Source: a bacterium (GTDB taxonomy: Bacteria > Patescibacteriota > Saccharimonadia > Saccharimonadales > SZUA-47). Taken from it: a DNA stretch of 64,000 nt. The stretch spans positions 99,975 through 163,974 of the forward strand of contig RFTN01000001.1 of assembly GCA_009923445.1 (NCBI GenBank), in the 5' to 3' direction. Below are positions 58,568 through 64,000 of this stretch, in pieces (positions within the stretch are counted from its first letter, which is position 1; each line of letters starts with the position of its first letter). Under the pieces are notes generated by a model. The model was given only the letters and a program-made list of their open reading frames with translations, was not told where the DNA came from and ran no database searches. The position numbers were made by a program, and so were the translations under genes.

Positions 58568-60208
58568 ATGAATAAAGTAGCGCACTATTTACAAGAACAT
58601 CTCATTGGCGAGGTTTTTACAAGTCCAGACACTCGTAGTTATTTTTCTACAGATGGAAGTATTTTGCGGATCATGCCCTCTTTTGTCGTGTATCCACGTA
58701 ACGAAAACGACATACGCAAAACAGCCCGATTTACATGGCAACTAGCCGAACGAGGCCGTGTTATACCTATTACAGCGCGGGGTATGGGAACCGACACTGG
58801 TGGTGCCGCTATAGGCACAGGAATAAGTTTGGTGTTTCCGGCTCATATGCATAAAGTGCTCGAACTCGACCCTAAATCTGGCGTAGTGGCTGTTCAGCCG
58901 GGTACTAATTTTGGTATGCTTCAACAAACGCTGCACACTCACGGCAGAATTATTCCTATTTATCCGCTGTCTTCAGAGTACACAAGTGTTGGTGGTGCGG
59001 TTGCGAATAACTCGAGCGGCGAGCGCAGCGGTAAATATGGCAGCGCACGTGATTACGTAAAAAGTATGCGTCTAATTTTGGCAAATGGTGAGCTTATAGA
59101 GACTGGTCGCATAAGCAAGCGTGAACTAAGCAAAAAACTTGGACTCGCTAGTTTTGAGGGAGAAGTATACCGCAAGCTCGATACACTCATTGAAGAAAAT
59201 AAAGAAATTATTACAAATATGCCGCAACTGCCAAAAATAGCATCTGCTGGTTATGCATTAGCTGACGTAAAGCGAAGGGATGGTTCATTTGACTTAACGC
59301 CACTTTTGGTAGGTAGCCAAGGCACGCTAGGGCTTATAAGCGAGGTAGTTTTTGATTCTGAGCCGTTTAACCCCGAAACCACTGTCATGACCGCAACGTT
59401 TAGCACACGGGCTCTTGCACTTGAAGCAGCTCAAGAACTAGCTGCAATAAGTGAACGTCCAGCTATTATCGATTTTATAGATAAGCATCTTATCGAAGAC
59501 GTATACAGAATTAATCCGCAATTACTAAAAGATGTTATCGATCCTCCATTGCCTGAAATAATGCTTTACATTGAGTTTGATGATGCAAGTACGCGTCAGC
59601 AAAAGCGACTCGCAAAAAAAGCCCGTAAAATTATCGAAAAACACGACGGCTTTTTGGCTATTGCCAACGAAGAACACGATGTCGATCGACTAAAGGCAGT
59701 ACGCGATAGCATGGCAACAATGTGGACACACGTCGAGGGAAGTGCACGGGCTCTACCAATAATCGACGATGCAGTTGTGCCTATAGCACAGCTTGGCGCA
59801 CTACTAAGCGGTATAGACGATATGATGCAGCGAGCAAAACAAGCAGTTTACGGCGTATCGGGTAGTGCACTTAGCGGCGCGGTGCATGTCGTACCTCTCC
59901 TCGATGTGACACAAATTGGTGATAGGCAAAAAATATTTCGATTTATAGACGAATATTACGCTCTTGTAATATCTTTAGGCGGCAGCATTAGTGCAGATCA
60001 CGGCGACGGCCGTATACGCGGTGCATTGCTCGAGCACCAGTTTGGTGCAACTGTTACTGAACTATTTAAGGCAGTAAAAGCAGTTTTTGACCCATACGGC
60101 ACGCTTAACCCTGGGGTAAAGTTTGGTACCACCCTTGATGATGTTAAGCTCATTGTTCGTTCTGACTACTCGGCTCGCCAAAACCTACAACACTTGCCTA
60201 GAGTGTAG
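58568..60208 (+). CDS. FAD-binding oxidoreductase (GlcD/D-lactate dehydrogenase-like)
   Basis: 546 aa. FAD_binding_4 pattern (ITARGMGTDTGGAA, GGAVANNSSGE) and a C-terminal GDGRIR...LNPG. Confidence 0.85.
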   Translation: MNKVAHYLQEHLIGEVFTSPDTRSYFSTDGSILRIMPSFVVYPRNENDIRKTARFTWQLAERGRVIPITARGMGTDTGGAAIGTGISLVFPAHMHKVLELDPKSGVVAVQPGTNFGMLQQTLHTHGRIIPIYPLSSEYTSVGGAVANNSSGERSGKYGSARDYVKSMRLILANGELIETGRISKRELSKKLGLASFEGEVYRKLDTLIEENKEIITNMPQLPKIASAGYALADVKRRDGSFDLTPLLVGSQGTLGLISEVVFDSEPFNPETTVMTATFSTRALALEAAQELAAISERPAIIDFIDKHLIEDVYRINPQLLKDVIDPPLPEIMLYIEFDDASTRQQKRLAKKARKIIEKHDGFLAIANEEHDVDRLKAVRDSMATMWTHVEGSARALPIIDDAVVPIAQLGALLSGIDDMMQRAKQAVYGVSGSALSGAVHVVPLLDVTQIGDRQKIFRFIDEYYALVISLGGSISADHGDGRIRGALLEHQFGATVTELFKAVKAVFDPYGTLNPGVKFGTTLDDVKLIVRSDYSARQNLQHLPRV

Positions 60209-60217
60209 TAAATAAAT

Positions 60218-60246
60218 AAAAAACCGGTCTTTTCAGACCGGGCCTT
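60218..60246. terminator. Terminator hairpin after the FAD oxidase
   Basis: AAAAAA, then CCGGTCT-TTTC-AGACCGG. The downstream T tract is weak; the shape is bidirectional. Confidence 0.55.
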
Positions 60247-60320
60247 GATTTGGTGCGAGATGCAGAACGCCCATCTAACTTTTATAGGAGTGATTAGCAA
60301 GGAATGTGATATAGGGTACA

Positions 60321-61172
60321 ATGATAGTAATGATAGAGAACAATGAGTATGACAAGGCCAGAGAAAGTTTAATCGAGGAGCTTCACCCTCTAATTCTTTT
60401 GGCGCGTATGGCGGGAGAAAACATCAATAAGTATCGGCCTGACGGTGTAGACATAAACCTAAAGAATGGTGATGTGTTCGATCCATTTACGGAGGCAGAT
60501 GTAACCACTGACGAATTAATAAGATCAGAAATTGCGAAACTCTTCCCTGATGACAAGATATTATCTGAAGAGAACTCTACTCGGCCAGAAAATTATAGTG
60601 GCAATGTATGGATGATTGACCCTTTGGATGGCACTAAAGATTTTATAAATGGCTTTGATAGGTACTCTGTAATGATTGGACAGTGCATAGATGGAATACC
60701 TACGATTGGACTCATACTTAATCCAACGACATCAGAATTATTTTTTGGAAAAAAGGGGTATGGGTCTTGGCGTATAGATAGCAATGGTAACGTTTCAAGA
60801 CTCGCAGTCAGCAGCATCGATAACGTACCTTCCGCTACTTTAATAGCTAGTCGCGCTTCAGGTGAACCGAGAGAAATGGAAGCATATTTGCGTAGTGTAG
60901 GCTTTGCGAATGTTATCGAAGATTCAAGCTTCGGCTTGCGCGCCGCTTCAATCGGTGTAAGAAATGGCGATGTTTTTGTATGTACTAATAACCGAGCGTG
61001 TAAATGGGACGTATGCGCACCACAAGTGATTTTAGAAGAAGCGGGTGGCAAATTAACTAACCTTGACGGATCTCCGATAGATTACACATCACCATCCTAT
61101 AAATTAGACAAACTATTTGCGGGTTCTAATGGATTACTGCACGACTCGCTTATAGAGCTTTTAGCAAAATAA
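60321..61172 (+). CDS. Inositol monophosphatase family phosphatase (SuhB/CysQ-like)
   Basis: 283 aa. Contains LSEE and WMIDPLDGTKDFI, with a WD-type motif (KWDVCA) near the C-terminus. Confidence 0.85.
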   Translation: MIVMIENNEYDKARESLIEELHPLILLARMAGENINKYRPDGVDINLKNGDVFDPFTEADVTTDELIRSEIAKLFPDDKILSEENSTRPENYSGNVWMIDPLDGTKDFINGFDRYSVMIGQCIDGIPTIGLILNPTTSELFFGKKGYGSWRIDSNGNVSRLAVSSIDNVPSATLIASRASGEPREMEAYLRSVGFANVIEDSSFGLRAASIGVRNGDVFVCTNNRACKWDVCAPQVILEEAGGKLTNLDGSPIDYTSPSYKLDKLFAGSNGLLHDSLIELLAK

Positions 61173-61216
61173 GAAAAGTGCCGAAATTTTCATTTCGACA
61201 CCTCTGTAAACTTTCG

Positions 61217-61290
61217 TGGTGCAGGTAACGGGACTCTAAATCTTGGCCAGTGGCCAAGGTACTTCCGGCTCTAATTAATTTTGAAAGGGT
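61217..61290 (-). pseudogene. Degenerate tRNA-Gly-like relic
   Basis: The minus-strand 3' end GGCCAAGATTTAGAGTCCCGTTACCTGCACCA matches the 3' end of the tRNA-Gly at 981-1057 at 24 of 32 positions. The match includes the unusual TTAGAGT T-loop and ACCA. A TTAGAGC D-arm remnant is present, but the 5' acceptor strand and T-stem pairing are lost. Confidence 0.45.
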
Positions 61291-61438
61291 TGAAAGTTAG
61301 GAGCACATTCAGGCCAATGAAAAACCCGACACTAATCCGAGACTTTCATTGGTGCACCGCTGTGGACAAACTGCAAACTTTGCTTAATCTAGACCCTCAA
61401 TAGCCAATTATGCCTAATTCAGAAATATTACCAGGCCT

Positions 61439-62197
61439 TTAATATTTTTCCTCCTCGTCTTGTAATTTACAGTTCTTGCCTATCTTTTCTCTATACTCGT
61501 TTTCCAAATCTGCAAGTGCGACATTCCAATGTGTTTTATCTTTTTTTATCTCGGTATACATAGTGCTGTTCTCTTCCATGCGGTAGACGTAACAAACGTG
61601 ATCTGTACTTATAGGCTTAGATGCATTTATGAACAATCTAAGTACATATTCATAATCTTCGTGGCTTCCTTTTGCTCCACGCTCAAGTCTATAGCCAGTC
61701 TTTTTCCGCAGGTTATTTGTGTACATAGCTGTAGCATTATTAATTCCTCTCAGCTCATCTTTCTGTTCAAGCCAATTAATAATAGCTTTTGAATTAAGGT
61801 CAACGCTTCTAATAATTTTTGAGTGATTTTTGAAAATCTGTTCTGTTGCACCCAATACAAGATCAGCACCACTACTCAATAATTTAACTCTTTGAGTAAT
61901 GCTGCCGGTCGGAAATACATCATCAGCCGCTAGAATACAAATATACTCACCAGAAGCTGCATCAAAACCTTTATTGATGGCCATATTCGCTCCCAGGTTT
62001 TGCTCGTTCCTGATCAGCTTAATGGGGTGTTTTGACAACAAAGAAATATCTGATAATCTGAGAGTTTCTGTACTGCAATCATCGATAACTAATATTTCTA
62101 TTTGTTCGTAGTTTTGTTGATTGATTGATTCTAAAGCGGCGCTGATTGACGGCCTATCATTGAAACATGGAATTATTATTGAAACTTTTTTATTCAT
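61439..62197 (-). CDS. Family 2 glycosyltransferase
   Basis: The start is taken at MNKKVSIIIPCFN. It has the DxD region LVIDDCS and AADD. The gene is visibly more AT-rich than its neighbours. Confidence 0.85.
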   Translation of the reverse strand: MNKKVSIIIPCFNDRPSISAALESINQQNYEQIEILVIDDCSTETLRLSDISLLSKHPIKLIRNEQNLGANMAINKGFDAASGEYICILAADDVFPTGSITQRVKLLSSGADLVLGATEQIFKNHSKIIRSVDLNSKAIINWLEQKDELRGINNATAMYTNNLRKKTGYRLERGAKGSHEDYEYVLRLFINASKPISTDHVCYVYRMEENSTMYTEIKKDKTHWNVALADLENEYREKIGKNCKLQDEEEKY

Positions 62198-62212
62198 TAT
62201 CACTAACTGTAA

Positions 62213-62240
62213 CAAAAAAGACGATGTTAGAACATCGTCC
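62213..62240 (-). terminator. Rho-independent terminator downstream of tRNA-Leu(GAG)
   Basis: An 8-bp stem GACGATGT / ACATCGTC followed on the minus strand by TTTTTT. Confidence 0.65.
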
Positions 62241-62270
62241 TGTTTGAACTAGTGCCTGTAAATTTCTAAC

Positions 62271-62355
62271 TGGTGCGCGAGAGAGGACTTGAACCTCCAC
62301 ACCTTGCGGCACATGCACCTCAAGCATGCCTGGCTACCAATTACAGCACTCGCGC
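62271..62355 (-). tRNA. tRNA-Leu(GAG), long variable arm, CCA encoded
   Basis: Minus strand: acceptor GCGCGAG/CTCGCGC, anticodon arm CATGC-TTGAGGT-GCATG, T arm GGAGG-TTCAAGT-CCTCT; 85 nt. Confidence 0.9.
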
Positions 62356-62377
62356 TAACAGAGTAAATAGTACCATA

Positions 62378-63040
62378 TCATCCTTGAATTATGAAGTTTG
62401 AAAGCTTTATTCTTTTTCTATCTAACGAATATTTTTTATATGCCGTATCTTCACCATACATGCTTTTATAAATTTTTATGCTATCAGATTTAGCATATAC
62501 TAATGAGTCTGCTCTTGCTCCTTTTCTAATAGAGCTTCCATTGGTATGTAACAGATTTCGGTTTTTATACGCTATCCAATTTAACATGTCTAAACTACCA
62601 CTAATAAAACCTGTGTAGAACATTCTTGCATTTGGCCATCGCTTATCTAAATAACCATAAGTTGTACCATCGCCATCAAAATAACCTCTCAAAAAATCTC
62701 CCCAATACTGGTCAGGCACTGAAACTTGTTTAATACTTTTACTTTTCCTTGGTTCTATCCCAGCGTTCAAAAAAAAATCATATAACGCTACATCACTAAA
62801 TTGCCAATAAAATGCTTTAGTTTTAAATTGACCATATTTTGTTCCTATTTTCGTATTTTTATTTAATATTTCTTGGCAGGAAGCAATTATTTGGAGATCT
62901 TTAGAAGTAATATTTAGATGACGACCGTTACTTAGTAAACAGCCATCTGAGGCGAATAATCCAGCTAGATAAGCTAATTTATTGCTCCATGTGTAGATTT
63001 TTTTAACTTTATAACGACTCATGATTAGAGTATATACCAT
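62378..63040 (-). CDS. LAGLIDADG homing endonuclease (two-motif, free-standing)
   Basis: 220 aa with two LAGLIDADG motifs (LAYLAGLFASDGCL and FLRGYFDGDGTT). It ends 22 nt before the tRNA-Leu(GAG) 5' end. Confidence 0.85.
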   Translation of the reverse strand: MVYTLIMSRYKVKKIYTWSNKLAYLAGLFASDGCLLSNGRHLNITSKDLQIIASCQEILNKNTKIGTKYGQFKTKAFYWQFSDVALYDFFLNAGIEPRKSKSIKQVSVPDQYWGDFLRGYFDGDGTTYGYLDKRWPNARMFYTGFISGSLDMLNWIAYKNRNLLHTNGSSIRKGARADSLVYAKSDSIKIYKSMYGEDTAYKKYSLDRKRIKLSNFIIQG

Positions 63041-63086
63041 TTACTCTTGATATAAATTCTTTCATGATGTAGTATAACCGTATTGT

Positions 63087-63163
63087 GGGCGCTTAGCTCA
63101 GTTGGCTAGAGCACCTCGTTTACACCGAGGGGGTCGGGGGTTCGAATCCCTCAGCGCCCACCA
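63087..63163 (+). tRNA. tRNA-Val(UAC), CCA encoded
   Basis: Acceptor GGGCGCT/AGCGCCC, anticodon arm CCTCG-TTTACAC-CGAGG, T arm GGGGG-TTCGAAT-CCCTC; 77 nt. Confidence 0.9.
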
Positions 63164-63171
63164 AAATAACT

Positions 63172-63198
63172 ACCCGTCATTTGACGGGTTTTTATTTT
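63172..63198 (+). terminator. Rho-independent terminator after tRNA-Val
   Basis: Stem ACCCGTC / GACGGGT followed by TTTTTATTTT. Confidence 0.7.
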
Positions 63199-63343
63199 GA
63201 TTGGGTCTTAATACGAACCCACGACGGGGTCGGGGTGAAACATGCCAGTGGCATGTTGCAAGGCAAACTACTCTTCAAAACTTGTTTTGAAAGATGTAGT
63301 TGCGGGCCTGCCGAAGGTAGGTCGAATCCCTCAGCGCCCACCA
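63199..63343 (+). repeat. Degenerate second copy of the tRNA-Val 3' half, ending in an exact 22-nt repeat of the tRNA 3' end
   Basis: TCGAATCCCTCAGCGCCCACCA occurs at 63142-63163 and again at 63322-63343. The upstream ACGACGGGGTCGGGG resembles CCGAGGGGGTCGGGG of the tRNA. An ~86-nt hairpin-rich insert separates the two parts. Confidence 0.5.
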
Positions 63344-63351
63344 CAATTATT

Positions 63352-63375
63352 AACCGACAAACGTCGGTTTTTTTA
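63352..63375 (+). terminator. Rho-independent terminator after the tRNA-Val 3'-end repeat
   Basis: Stem AACCGAC / GTCGGTT, AAAC loop, then TTTTTTT. Confidence 0.65.
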
Positions 63376-63430
63376 ATTACACAAGTGTGCATAAGTGCTA
63401 TACTTATAATGTAATTTATAGGAGATAAAT

Positions 63431-63991
63431 ATGACATTTGTACTTTTAGCTATTGCAGGCTTACTGGTTGTAACACTCATTGTTATTTATAACGGCTTAG
63501 TGCGTACCAAAATACGCGTAGACGAAGCTTGGAGTGATATTACTGTACAGCTAAAACGACGAGCTGACTTAATACCAAACCTAGTCGAAACTGTTAAGGG
63601 TTATGCAAAACATGAAGAAGGTGTATTTACTAAAGTAACAGAAGCACGCACAGCCATTTTAAATGCTGGTAATAGCGTATCTGCAACAGCCGAAGCAGAT
63701 AACATGCTAACCGGTGCGCTTAAAAGTGTTTTTGCTGTAGCCGAGGCTTATCCGCAGTTACAAGCAAGCGATAATTTTAAAGACTTACAGACAGAACTTG
63801 TAGACACCGAAGACAAAATTCAAGCTGCCCGCCGCTTTTACAACGGCTCTGTACGTGATTTAAACACCAAGATACGTACATTTCCTACATTAATATTTGC
63901 TGGTTTACTTGGTTTTTCTGAGAGAGAATTCTTTGAATTAGAAGAATCAGAACGTGCTGCTGCCGAAAAACCAGTCGACGTTAAATTTTAA
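63431..63991 (+). CDS. lemA: LemA family protein
   Basis: 186 aa. It has an N-terminal TM and the LemA pattern (YNGLV..K..VDEAWSDI.VQLKRRADLIPNLVETVKGYAKHE). Confidence 0.9.
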   Translation: MTFVLLAIAGLLVVTLIVIYNGLVRTKIRVDEAWSDITVQLKRRADLIPNLVETVKGYAKHEEGVFTKVTEARTAILNAGNSVSATAEADNMLTGALKSVFAVAEAYPQLQASDNFKDLQTELVDTEDKIQAARRFYNGSVRDLNTKIRTFPTLIFAGLLGFSEREFFELEESERAAAEKPVDVKF

Positions 63992-64000
63992 ACAATTTTA

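Noticed and set aside
60247-60275. TGGTGCGAGATGCAGAACGCC, which resembles the reverse complement of a tRNA 3' end (compare TGGTGCGCGAGAGAGGACTTGAACC of tRNA-Leu).
   Set aside because: No T-arm, anticodon arm or 5' acceptor strand can be built around it. The similarity is limited to about 10 nt.
61312-61375. A second TGGTGCA motif (TGGTGCACCGCTGTGGACAAAC) that could be another tRNA relic.
   Set aside because: The TGG belongs to the 3' arm of a perfect 9-bp hairpin (CCAATGAAA/TTTCATTGG), and no T-loop-like sequence follows. It is unlike the relic at 61217-61290, which matches tRNA-Gly at 24 of 32 positions.

Overview
The window is a compact, gene-dense bacterial chromosome segment, mostly on the + strand and using the standard code (TGA ends conserved genes at the expected positions). 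Gene content and style suggest a Patescibacteria/CPR genome, most like Saccharibacteria; this is inference, not proof. The cues are short housekeeping proteins (a 627-aa AlaRS and a 503-aa UvrC), many stop/start overlaps, many membrane-anchored exported proteins, and several peptidoglycan-active enzymes.

Recognisable core genes: metG, a frameshifted tatD, a cysteine desulfurase, an F1-type ATP synthase block (b-like, delta-like, alpha, gamma, beta, epsilon), mnmA, alaS, an ftsA-like gene, ruvX, mltG, a LysM/CHAP hydrolase, obg, a class II photolyase, lepB, sbcB, uvrA, dedA, rplY, an ABC exporter, trhO, a glucosaminidase, uvrC, pepP, secG, an orphan family-5 solute-binding protein, an FAD oxidase, an IMPase-family phosphatase, a GT2 glycosyltransferase and lemA.

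Five intact tRNA genes are present: Gly-GCC, Cys-GCA, Leu-UAA, Leu-GAG and Val-UAC. All encode their CCA end. There are also two tRNA-derived relics. No rRNA, CRISPR array, integrase, transposase or reverse transcriptase was seen.

Most notable observations:
- A four-gene exported-protein locus (20529-24529) looks like an usher-less surface-fibre or adhesin assembly module.
- The ATP synthase operon has no a or c subunit gene in the window. The upstream slot holds an exported protein that ends in a c-subunit-like hairpin with no acidic residue.
- Two unrelated homing-endonuclease ORFs (HNH and LAGLIDADG) each sit directly upstream of a tRNA-Leu gene, in mirror-image tRNA contexts.
- A GT2 gene lies between tRNA-Leu and a tRNA-Gly relic, and a duplicated tRNA-Val 3' end lies nearby.
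- Two genes have frame breaks (tatD, and a PG-binding protein at an A-run), and one gene probably starts at ATT.

All domain calls come from motif recognition by eye. No database search was run.
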